From: a virus
Taxonomy: Duplodnaviria; Caudoviricetes
Length of the DNA stretch: 33,328 bases
Direction: 5' to 3' (one strand)
IMG/VR virus record: IMGVR_UViG_3300030376_002050
Coordinates: 1-33,328 of that record
Below are positions 25,435 to 33,328 of this stretch, piece by piece. A program made the translations under genes and the position numbers. Position 1 is the first letter of the stretch. The number at the start of each line of letters is the position of its first letter. The notes below the pieces were generated by a model that worked only from the letters and a program-made list of their open reading frames with translations, was not told where the DNA came from and ran no database searches.

Positions 25435-25452
25435 TAATGTATTAACTGTCCC
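25435..25452 (-). promoter_or_regulatory. candidate late promoter GGGAC-N7-ACATTA
   Basis: matches 12506-12523; just upstream of the ejection-gene block. Confidence 0.4.
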
Positions 25453-25615
25453 GATTTTCAGGTGTTTCCTCAGAGTTCAAAGACGTTTCTACGGCATGAA
25501 TTTCAGCTTTTTTCATAGCCAAATCCCATTCTTGCTGTCCTCTGGGGGACAGCATATTAAGCACATCTTCTAAACTTATCTCTATTTGCTGTTGCTGGTC
25601 TTCTGTTACTGACAT
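25442..25615 (-). CDS. small acidic protein, 57 aa (absent from ORF track)
   Basis: GAAAGG RBS; MSVTEDQQQQIEISLEDVLNMLSPRGQQEWDLAMKKAEIHAVETSLNSEETPENRDS. Confidence 0.7.
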   Translation of the reverse strand: MSVTEDQQQQIEISLEDVLNMLSPRGQQEWDLAMKKAEIHAVETSLNSEETPENRDS

Positions 25616-25643
25616 TTGTTACCTTTCAGTATTTGCTTAATGC

Positions 25644-25910
25644 CTATAATAGCGCAATATCTTCTTCATCTTCACGTTGTTTTGCTGTTTTAACGTCAGC
25701 GTTATTAACAACTGTTTCTTTATCCGCAGGGATAGAAGTAACATCGTCATCGTTAGTCATTCTTTTAACTTCTTGCTCGTACAAGCGATCCATTGTTTTG
25801 CGACATTTGTTTTTAACAGCGCCTTCAACCCATTCTTCAGGGTCTACTACTTCCCAATAGAACGCTTTTTCTTCAGCGTCAGTGATTGTTACTGTAAATG
25901 TTTTGGCCAT
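25644..25910 (-). CDS. hypothetical protein, possible fibre assembly chaperone
   Basis: AGGAGG RBS; directly after the fibre gene. Confidence 0.7.
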   Translation of the reverse strand: MAKTFTVTITDAEEKAFYWEVVDPEEWVEGAVKNKCRKTMDRLYEQEVKRMTNDDDVTSIPADKETVVNNADVKTAKQREDEEDIALL

Positions 25911-25919
25911 ATTGCCTCC

Positions 25920-28505
25920 TTATCCCACTAGGTAGCCATTAAAGGCATTGTATTTCGCAGACGTATACGCTGTTATAACTCCACCTGATGTTGCAATATA
26001 AGGATAGCAGACATCGCCTGCATCTAAATGAAACAACGCTGAAATAGATTGACCACCATCTTGACCTTCAACACCGTGGTTAAACCATGCGTTATCGCCA
26101 GTAGCAACAAAACCAAAATAAGTATTAGTATCATTGCTGTAAGTTGTATACATAAACCAGTGCATAGTAAAGAAATAATAGCCATCTACAGGTGCATAAA
26201 ATTTGCCGTCACTGGTATTAAAGTCATTTCCATTATCAAAAATTTCAGTGTCACAAACCCATATATTTGCTCCTGTTGTGGTCACCTTGTTAGCAGCCGA
26301 TTTGTACGCTCTAAACGCAGGAACGTTTGGTAGAGTAACTTCTCCAGTAGCAGCAATTTTTAATCTAGCTGTTTCATCAGTAGCAAGATAAAGTTCACGA
26401 GCACCAGAATTATGCCCAACCCACATAGCGGTATTATCTATAGCTATACCACCTGTATATGCAGAACCTGTGCCAGCGCTAATCTGAAATTGACCCGACC
26501 AACTGGCGTCAGGCGTTTTAGCGGTACTTGAAGTAATTTTGAAAGCACCATCTGTGTCAAACTGTGCAACATGAGTACCATTCGCCCTAAATTGGATCGG
26601 TGCATTTGTACCTTCTTTACCGTCAATAGTTATAGGGTAACCAGTGTCTAACTTCCAACCATCAGTAGCACGATCATCATAAACCATGCCCATAGTGGCA
26701 TAAGTAGCAGTGTCATCTTGATTAAAAGTCCAACGAACCTGACCAGTAGTCCCAGCAGCCCCTTGCCTAATGTTCAAATAGGTTGATTGGTCACTTCCGA
26801 AAACATGCACCCCATCAGGGCCGATACGGTAACGGCGTGTAGGAGATTCACTGCCATCCGCAGAAGTACCGAAAAGCAACTCAGTTGGCATGTCGCCATC
26901 GCCAGTAGCTCCATCCACCTGTGCCATTATGTAAGCGCCTTGAGCAGTGCTATCAGCGTCTTCATATCCGTAGAAATTTATTCGCCCCAGAACAGCGTCA
27001 TCATCCACAGCAGATGGACTTGCGGCGCTACCATCACCTTTAAGAAATTCAAGAGTCGGAGCCGTAGCTTCAGTGTCGTGATATGCGCCTATTTGCACTA
27101 TTGCAGCAGCAGAGTCTTTTTGAACTGTTAATTTACTACCATTATACGTCAAGGTAGAAGCAGCACCAAAAGAACCACTGTTATTGTATTGCACTTGCGT
27201 GTTAGAACCAGCAGGAGTCCCTGAAACACTGGCCAAATTAGCTATAGATTGAGCTGTTACTTTCTTAACGTTAGCGCTATCAGAAGTATCCGTAATTAAA
27301 ACAAGATCATCTGTAGCTACTGTAACTGTTGAAGCAGTTACGGTAGCAGGAGTAATAGCACCGCTTACAGTTAAAGAAGAAAGAGTGCCAACGCTAGTCA
27401 AAGAAGACGTAACAACAGTAGATTTCAGCTCTGTTCCAGTTAAGGTTCCTGCAGCAGCAGTAACAGTAATAGGTGCTGTACCATCAAAATCAACGCCATT
27501 AATAGCTCTAGCAGTAGCCAATGCAGTTGCTGTTGCAGCATTCCCAGACGTATTCTGGTTACCTGCAGTATTTACCCCAGCTAAATCAATGTTTGCAGTT
27601 CCGTTAAACGAAACCCCACCTATTGTCCTAGCTGTTGCTAGAGCAGTAGCTGTCGCTGCATTACCTGACGTATCTTGATCACCTGCGGTGTTTACGCCAG
27701 CAAGATTTATATTCCCTGTGCCATCAAACGACACGCCACCTATGGTGCGTGCAGTTTGTAAAGCAGTTGCAGTAGCAGCGTTACCACTTATGTTGGTAAC
27801 TCCTGTTATATAGCCATAAGAAAGTATTTTGTCCTGAATAGCAGCACTTGTCATTAAACTAGTGTCGTTATCCGCAAAAGATTCTGAGCTTGTTTGCACA
27901 GCAGCGTCAGCAAGCTGTGCAACTGCGACATCAGCAACATTAAGAGTTACGCTACCTGAAGAACCCCCACCTGATAAAGCTGTTCCAGCTACAACTTCAG
28001 TTATGTCACCTTGCGGAGCTAAAGCAGCTATAGATGAAGCAGTAATTGTTTTGGGGTTATCACTATCACTTGTATCTGCTATGACTACTTTGTCATCTGC
28101 AGCTACTGTTACTCCTGACAATTCAGAAGGAGCAAAGTTTAGAGTGACAGATCCAGTGTCTCCTCCTCCAGTTAAAGCCGTACCAGCAACTACTTCAGTA
28201 ATATCTCCTTGCGGAGCCAATGCAACAATTGAAGACACTGTAGCAGTTTTAGGATTATCACTGTCGCTTGTGTCGGCGACAATTACCTTATCGTCAGAAG
28301 CCACAGTTAAAGCACTTAACTCAGACGGAGCGAAATTAACGGTGACTGTACCTGTAGTACCCCCACCAGATATTGCTTCTCCAGCAGTAACGCCTGTTAT
28401 CGTTCCCCCACCACCAACAGGCATTTGTTTAGCTATTTGCCTTAATTCATAATCAATAGCTATACCATCTTCTGTAACAAATTTACGAGTAGGTTTGTAT
28501 GCCAT
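25920..28505 (-). CDS. tail fibre with internal repeats and C-terminal C1q-like domain
   Basis: ATARTIGGVSFDGT repeats; GDITEVVAG repeats; C-terminal PAFRA...FDNGNDFNTSDGKFYAPVDGYYFF...LDAGD...FNGYLV. Confidence 0.85.
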   Translation of the reverse strand: MAYKPTRKFVTEDGIAIDYELRQIAKQMPVGGGGTITGVTAGEAISGGGTTGTVTVNFAPSELSALTVASDDKVIVADTSDSDNPKTATVSSIVALAPQGDITEVVAGTALTGGGDTGSVTLNFAPSELSGVTVAADDKVVIADTSDSDNPKTITASSIAALAPQGDITEVVAGTALSGGGSSGSVTLNVADVAVAQLADAAVQTSSESFADNDTSLMTSAAIQDKILSYGYITGVTNISGNAATATALQTARTIGGVSFDGTGNINLAGVNTAGDQDTSGNAATATALATARTIGGVSFNGTANIDLAGVNTAGNQNTSGNAATATALATARAINGVDFDGTAPITVTAAAGTLTGTELKSTVVTSSLTSVGTLSSLTVSGAITPATVTASTVTVATDDLVLITDTSDSANVKKVTAQSIANLASVSGTPAGSNTQVQYNNSGSFGAASTLTYNGSKLTVQKDSAAAIVQIGAYHDTEATAPTLEFLKGDGSAASPSAVDDDAVLGRINFYGYEDADSTAQGAYIMAQVDGATGDGDMPTELLFGTSADGSESPTRRYRIGPDGVHVFGSDQSTYLNIRQGAAGTTGQVRWTFNQDDTATYATMGMVYDDRATDGWKLDTGYPITIDGKEGTNAPIQFRANGTHVAQFDTDGAFKITSSTAKTPDASWSGQFQISAGTGSAYTGGIAIDNTAMWVGHNSGARELYLATDETARLKIAATGEVTLPNVPAFRAYKSAANKVTTTGANIWVCDTEIFDNGNDFNTSDGKFYAPVDGYYFFTMHWFMYTTYSNDTNTYFGFVATGDNAWFNHGVEGQDGGQSISALFHLDAGDVCYPYIATSGGVITAYTSAKYNAFNGYLVG

Positions 28506-28507
28506 AG

Positions 28508-28789
28508 CTACTCCTCTTCGTTACAAAGTTCTTGAATTATCTCATCCATTGTCGTAACTTGCTGATTTAACGAATTGATCTGAAATTGCAATTGCTGCAA
28601 TTCAGATTGAGTAACACTGTTTTCAATTAATGTTTCTACTTTTTCGCTTACACGATTTATCTTGTTTGAATAGCTAGATACTGACCATACGATTGTTGCC
28701 ACTATCACGATAACTGTCATTAAGAAACCGAGTGTCATTGAAGACACTCGGAAATTCTTCACGTTATCTTCCGTTAATGGCGTTTCCAT
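28508..28789 (-). CDS. small membrane protein with coiled-coil tail
   Basis: LGFLMTVIVIVATIVW followed by heptads. Confidence 0.7.
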   Translation of the reverse strand: METPLTEDNVKNFRVSSMTLGFLMTVIVIVATIVWSVSSYSNKINRVSEKVETLIENSVTQSELQQLQFQINSLNQQVTTMDEIIQELCNEEE

Positions 28790-28791
28790 TG

Positions 28792-30531
28792 CTACTCGTC
28801 TGCATCAATATTTATGTCTGGATTTTCGTATTCTGTTACTAGTTTTCCAGACTCATCTGTTGTGGAACTTTCTATAATAGTTGGGTCTTTGCGTTCGCCA
28901 ATGACCATCCAACAACAAACAGCTTCATCTGGACCTTCTATCGTTAAAATTTTTCCTGACAAAGACCACGTAACAGCGTTTCCAGAACTAGAAACCATAG
29001 ACCAAGGATTAGTGTTTAACGCTTCCCAAGTTCCATCAGTCATATTAGAAACAGCATCTAAATCAACGCTTACAGAACCACCAGAAACAATAGCTGTACC
29101 TCTATAAATGTTGTCACAAGTCGGTCCTTCAATAAACGAATGACGTAAACGCCAATCCCCATCTTTAACAGGGTGAGGAATGTCAAAAGTACCTGAAGTT
29201 TTAGATAACGCACCGACAACATACGTATCGCCACGAAGATGGATCTGATCAAAAACTGCCCCAGAAGCTCTTGGTCCAATATAACAATTTCCACCATCAT
29301 TTCCTGAAATCCAAATTCGTGAGCTATCTGACCCTGTTCCTTGGTTGTCAGCAAGAATATGGTAATTTTCAGCAAAACCAATTTGATAATTAGCACTACT
29401 CGGAGTAGTAGAAGTCAAGTTTATTTTGGCGTCTCCATCAAAATAAAGATCATCATTTGCTTGATCCCACCGCATGTAAGAACCCGAAGTATCTCCATAC
29501 CATGTAGCAGTGTAACCTGTTCCATCTACACCATATTGAGTAGGAACATCCACTTTAAATAAAGTATCTGTTATAGAAGCCCTAGTCGCAGGCACTGCAG
29601 TATGTGTTGTTTCATAATCTGGATCGTATTGAAACAAAATACCAGTATCCCCAATTTCTACTGAACCTGCCTGTGGGTAACTATTAATATCCAAATGATG
29701 CCAAGCGTTGTCAGCGCCTCTTTCATAGTTCCAAGTGATAGAAGTTCTATAAGATCCCTGCGTACCAATTGACCCATAAGCACCTAAAGAAATAGTAGAG
29801 TCAAAATAAGGTCCACCAGCTACCTGAAATGTAGTTTGCCCTGTTTGTAGTTTGTGTTTAGCAAAAAATGCGCCTTCAACTAGCAAGGCATCAGCAGAAG
29901 TATCCCATGTAAGTTTTTTACTTGCAGTGTCCCCATAGAATATAACGTCATACCCTGTGTCATTCTCGCCTACCGTAATTGTGTTATTGGCTTGCGTAGG
30001 TTTTTTAAGAGTGACTGTTCCATCAGGAATAATAGTTAAAGATTCATTAGTGATCCCTGACCCAAAAGTATCAGAAGTCCCAAAAGCTAATTCAGTACCA
30101 GATCCACTTATTTTCGCTGCAATACGAGCCAAAGGATTGGCGCTACCACTGTACCCAAAGTCCAAAGCAGTGTAATCGCCAGCATCATACTGGTTATTAC
30201 TTATTTTAAGTACACCGCCAGTTGTTCCAGTAAAACTAGTTATATCGTTATCGCCCTCAAGCAATGTTGTGCCGACAACATGCAATTCGTCTTGGGATTG
30301 ATCCCACTGCATATAACGTCCAGTAGTATCGCCAAAGAACTTAACGTCATAACCTGTTCCGTCTGCACCTACCGTTATTGTATTAGTCCATGTGCAAGCG
30401 CCAGTAAACGCAGCTCCATCCAAACGTGCTACTTCACTTGACCACGTTGTGACCGTTGCAAAGTTAGCATTCATTTGAGAAGCAACTATCGTTGTCCCTG
30501 CTGTAAAACTGTTAAATGTTCCTAAAGCCAT
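28792..30531 (-). CDS. tail fibre/spike protein
   Basis: N-terminal FTAGTTIVASQMNANF anchor-like motif; three GYDV-x-F-x-GD-x6-WD-like repeats; C-terminal FDIPHP...HSFIEGP...YRG. Confidence 0.75.
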   Translation of the reverse strand: MALGTFNSFTAGTTIVASQMNANFATVTTWSSEVARLDGAAFTGACTWTNTITVGADGTGYDVKFFGDTTGRYMQWDQSQDELHVVGTTLLEGDNDITSFTGTTGGVLKISNNQYDAGDYTALDFGYSGSANPLARIAAKISGSGTELAFGTSDTFGSGITNESLTIIPDGTVTLKKPTQANNTITVGENDTGYDVIFYGDTASKKLTWDTSADALLVEGAFFAKHKLQTGQTTFQVAGGPYFDSTISLGAYGSIGTQGSYRTSITWNYERGADNAWHHLDINSYPQAGSVEIGDTGILFQYDPDYETTHTAVPATRASITDTLFKVDVPTQYGVDGTGYTATWYGDTSGSYMRWDQANDDLYFDGDAKINLTSTTPSSANYQIGFAENYHILADNQGTGSDSSRIWISGNDGGNCYIGPRASGAVFDQIHLRGDTYVVGALSKTSGTFDIPHPVKDGDWRLRHSFIEGPTCDNIYRGTAIVSGGSVSVDLDAVSNMTDGTWEALNTNPWSMVSSSGNAVTWSLSGKILTIEGPDEAVCCWMVIGERKDPTIIESSTTDESGKLVTEYENPDINIDADE

Positions 30532-32141
30532 TATCTCATCCTTCTAGGCACATACGTAAAGCCTATCGCATTTACCTGCCACTCGGAGTTGGTAGCTGTC
30601 GGTCCAATAATCTTCATACTTATAGCCCTAGCTGTCCCTAAAGTAGGCAATCTTTTAACATCTGTAATTTGCGATTGTGATTCTGACCCCCAAATAGCGT
30701 TTCCTTGACTACCAGCAGGCATAGCAGCTCCAGTATTAGGGTTGTTCCCTGAAGGTTCTTGCCAAGTAGCAGTATCCCACACAGAAATACTTGCACGACC
30801 AGTAATATCCACAGGAAAGGTCTTAGCATAATCAGCAAAATCGTAATCTTTATACACTTCTACAGTCAATTGCATAGAAGATCTGGCCAAAGTAACCATT
30901 TGAGGCTTACCCCAGCGTTTTTTAACTACAGGATTGTTTGTAGACATCCAAGGAGTCACGAAATGTGAAGGAATGTTGTCTTCGTCCGTAACATATTTGT
31001 CAAAAACCCTGTCATCATCGTCATCAATGGCTATGACTCTTCCTGTGTTAGCGACACAGCCACCAAATAAAGTGTGCTCACTATTCGGAGGTTGATACGC
31101 AAACAGCGGGCCAGCATCCATGTCAGTCATAACCCAAGCGCCCCCTTGTCCTAATGAAGGATCAAAAATAAACGTTCTTCTTGTAGTAGCGCCAGCGTAA
31201 GTCCAATCAACAGAAACGTACAGCTTCTCATTGGCCCATGCCAATTGTGGTGGATTAGAAAAAGTTATTCGCCCATCATCAATAGCAGGTTTTAACTTTT
31301 CAAACACATAAGCAGTTCCATTTTCACCTAATACGTGCACCCCTGAACGATCATGCCAAAAGAACACACCATAAGGTGTAGAAACAGGGCTAGATAAAGG
31401 AATGGAGCCAACTGTTTTAGTTATATTAACTAACTGAAAACTGTCACTGTCAAAACCATACATTGCGTAGATAGCGTTAGATTTAAAAACCACTAATCTT
31501 TCACCGTTGGGAACAATGCCAGTAATGTAGTCACCTGCTTCGCCTTTGTCTACATCTACGTAATCTGCTGCTGACCATTTTTCTGCTTCGTTAAGGTTAG
31601 ACCACCTTAAACGATATTTTGTGTTTCCACCTTCGTAGGTGTTGGCAACCCAAACATGGTTGTTCCATTGGGCGATATATTGCGCTTGTGGAAATTGACC
31701 TGCAGAACCATTAAGTGTTGTCCCCAAATCTGCATCAGTGCTTCCATCCCATTTAAAAGAAACCTTGTCATAAGAAACCCCATACGTAACGTTATTAAAA
31801 GTTATCCCATAAACCCTAGAACCATCTGTCCGAGGAGTAATGTTTGTAAAATCAGTAAAATCTCCAGAAGCTGAATGAGCAACTTTAGTACTGTAATTAA
31901 CCATTAACCTGTTGGTTCCACCATCTGTATGGAAGCCCCAAATACCCTTAACGTCTGCGCTTAATGCTGTTCCATTTCTACGCATAACGCCATTACGTAT
32001 TTGCACGCCACCACGAGGATCTACAGTAACGTTTAACAAATCAGGGGATTCATCTTCCCCCAAATCAAATTGGTCAGCACGAAAATTTAGACCACCAGAA
32101 AAAGATTTCAGCATCGCTAGCTGAAAATCACGTTTAGTCAT
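30531..32141 (-). CDS. tail nozzle / tubular protein B-like (beta-propeller)
   Basis: FSGGLN N-terminus, RLRWSN, LVVFKSNAIY; size and position after the adaptor. Confidence 0.7.
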   Translation of the reverse strand: MTKRDFQLAMLKSFSGGLNFRADQFDLGEDESPDLLNVTVDPRGGVQIRNGVMRRNGTALSADVKGIWGFHTDGGTNRLMVNYSTKVAHSASGDFTDFTNITPRTDGSRVYGITFNNVTYGVSYDKVSFKWDGSTDADLGTTLNGSAGQFPQAQYIAQWNNHVWVANTYEGGNTKYRLRWSNLNEAEKWSAADYVDVDKGEAGDYITGIVPNGERLVVFKSNAIYAMYGFDSDSFQLVNITKTVGSIPLSSPVSTPYGVFFWHDRSGVHVLGENGTAYVFEKLKPAIDDGRITFSNPPQLAWANEKLYVSVDWTYAGATTRRTFIFDPSLGQGGAWVMTDMDAGPLFAYQPPNSEHTLFGGCVANTGRVIAIDDDDDRVFDKYVTDEDNIPSHFVTPWMSTNNPVVKKRWGKPQMVTLARSSMQLTVEVYKDYDFADYAKTFPVDITGRASISVWDTATWQEPSGNNPNTGAAMPAGSQGNAIWGSESQSQITDVKRLPTLGTARAISMKIIGPTATNSEWQVNAIGFTYVPRRMR

Positions 32142-32146
32142 CTAAA

Positions 32147-32872
32147 TCACCATCTAACTCCACCAGTACTGGCATAACGCAATTGCCCAGTTCCAATCAT
32201 GTACCTAGTAGAAGTACGTGAATTAGCTATCATTGGCTGAGGCGCAGGAGTGTCAGCGTAACGCCTAGCAACGTTATCTAACTCCATAGCGTATTGATTC
32301 ATGTATTGATTAGCCATCACAGGATCTTCTTGTTGTAGGTACGCTTTAGCTATAACGTATGTAGTTAAAACAGGATGAAACGGATTAGGCAAATCAGGCG
32401 TTTCACTCCCTGCAGCACTGGCTGCGTTGCTAGGAAAATCAGTAGGAAACCGCACGCAACGAACGTAAATAGTTTTAACAGTATCTGGTGTTGGGTAGAA
32501 CCTAACAGTGTCATTCCAAAAACTCCATTCCCAAGGATCACCGCTGGTAGAGACATCCAATGGATTGTCACGGTCACCCTCATCACGACCAACATAGGCC
32601 ATTACATGATCATCATCACGAATAGCAATTACTTCACGAATGCCTTGAGTAATGTTAGCACCAACTGTGGCTATCGTATAATCGGAAGTTCCAGCTACAG
32701 TTTGAAACGTTGTTTCGGTTTCGTAAAACCCCCATCGTTTTTCACTGTAGGCAATAGTGTCATACCCCTGCCCTATAATGCGATTAAGCACAGTGTCACT
32801 AATGTCGCTTGAGTCTATATCTATGACATCACGAGTTTGATTACGTATATCATCTAGGGTCATTGCAGGCAT
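32147..32872 (-). CDS. head-tail adaptor / tubular protein A-like
   Basis: MTLDDIR, TVAGTSDY, FYPTPD, PDLPNPFH; position. Confidence 0.7.
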   Translation of the reverse strand: MPAMTLDDIRNQTRDVIDIDSSDISDTVLNRIIGQGYDTIAYSEKRWGFYETETTFQTVAGTSDYTIATVGANITQGIREVIAIRDDDHVMAYVGRDEGDRDNPLDVSTSGDPWEWSFWNDTVRFYPTPDTVKTIYVRCVRFPTDFPSNAASAAGSETPDLPNPFHPVLTTYVIAKAYLQQEDPVMANQYMNQYAMELDNVARRYADTPAPQPMIANSRTSTRYMIGTGQLRYASTGGVRW

Positions 32873-33141
32873 TACTCAGCCTCGCTTAAAAATTTTTCAA
32901 ATTGTTGTGTGTGACCTGCACACAACTGCGTTCCTTTAATCGGATGAGCTTTGCAATCGCTTCCAGCTTTAGTTTGCCCTGAACAAAAAGCAGACTCTAA
33001 AGGCATTTCAGCGAACTCAGAAACACCAGCAACTTGACGTATATTGCCAGATTTGCCGTGTGCTGCGCCCCCAACTGCTCTGCCTTCTTGACCTGCAAGT
33101 CTTGCGTTTGAATTGTAAGCTATTGCATTTGCTCTCATCAT
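32872..33141 (-). CDS. small protein with C-x3-TK-x-G-x2-C...C-x-GH putative zinc motif
   Basis: CSGQTKAGSDCKAHPIKGTQLCAGH; GGAG RBS. Confidence 0.65.
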   Translation of the reverse strand: MMRANAIAYNSNARLAGQEGRAVGGAAHGKSGNIRQVAGVSEFAEMPLESAFCSGQTKAGSDCKAHPIKGTQLCAGHTQQFEKFLSEAE

Positions 33142-33156
33142 GCTCCGATCTGACTA

Positions 33157-33181
33157 GTGGGGGAACAACCTGTCCCCCCAC
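33157..33181 (-). terminator. GC-rich hairpin after the capsid gene (terminator or stabiliser; no U-tract)
   Basis: minus strand GTGGGGGGACA-GGT-TGTTCCCCCAC; its one mismatch is G-U only on the - strand. Confidence 0.6.
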
Positions 33182-33193
33182 CAATCGGATTTA

Positions 33194-33328
33194 CTAGTCA
33201 GTCAACGTATGCAACAGACCCTGACGAGCGCGGTTGCTTGTTGTGAGGTTTCCGTAAGACAAGATTTGCGCATAGCGTGCATCTTGGTTAGTTGGACGTA
33301 CAAACGGTGTTGGCTTGAACCAAACATC
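33194..33328 (-). CDS. major capsid protein, C-terminal fragment (truncated by window)
   Basis: DVWFKPTPFVRPTNQDARYAQILSYGNLTTSNRARQGLLHTLTD*; position upstream of the adaptor, followed by a hairpin. Confidence 0.7.
   Translation of the reverse strand, partial: DVWFKPTPFVRPTNQDARYAQILSYGNLTTSNRARQGLLHTLTD

Noticed and set aside
25920-28505. Diversity-generating retroelement acting on the fibre
   Set aside because: No reverse transcriptase in the window. Repeat differences are mostly synonymous and not adenine-specific.
12838-32812. Numerous + strand ORFs opposite the structural genes, and - strand ORFs opposite the early genes
   Set aside because: They are antisense shadows of real genes, with no RBS or motif support noticed.

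Overview
About 33 kb of a tailed dsDNA bacteriophage, probably a short-tailed (podovirus-like) phage. The host may be actinobacterial, but that is inference only. There are two convergent arms. The + strand (1-11607) carries small early genes, then a recombination/replication module: DUF932, HNH, Cas4/RecB-like exonuclease, DnaB/RecA-fold helicase, AEP primase, RusA, a sigma-region-4-like HTH protein and Nmad1. The - strand (33328-11604) carries the capsid C-terminus, adaptor, nozzle, two fibres, three candidate ejection proteins (one of 3508 aa), an amidase endolysin and a putative holin. The most unusual signal is a dense layer of RNA structure over the early region. It includes a 23-nt palindromic core repeated three times inside long hairpins and Shine-Dalgarno (SD) sequences displayed in hairpin loops upstream of 7-8 consecutive genes. 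It also includes an intergenic structured element whose loop is the exact complement of those ribosome-binding sites (RBSs). The giant virion protein appears to contain a split, catalytically degenerate HipA/PI3K-like kinase fold. All protein calls rest on motifs recognised by eye; no searches or folding programs were run.
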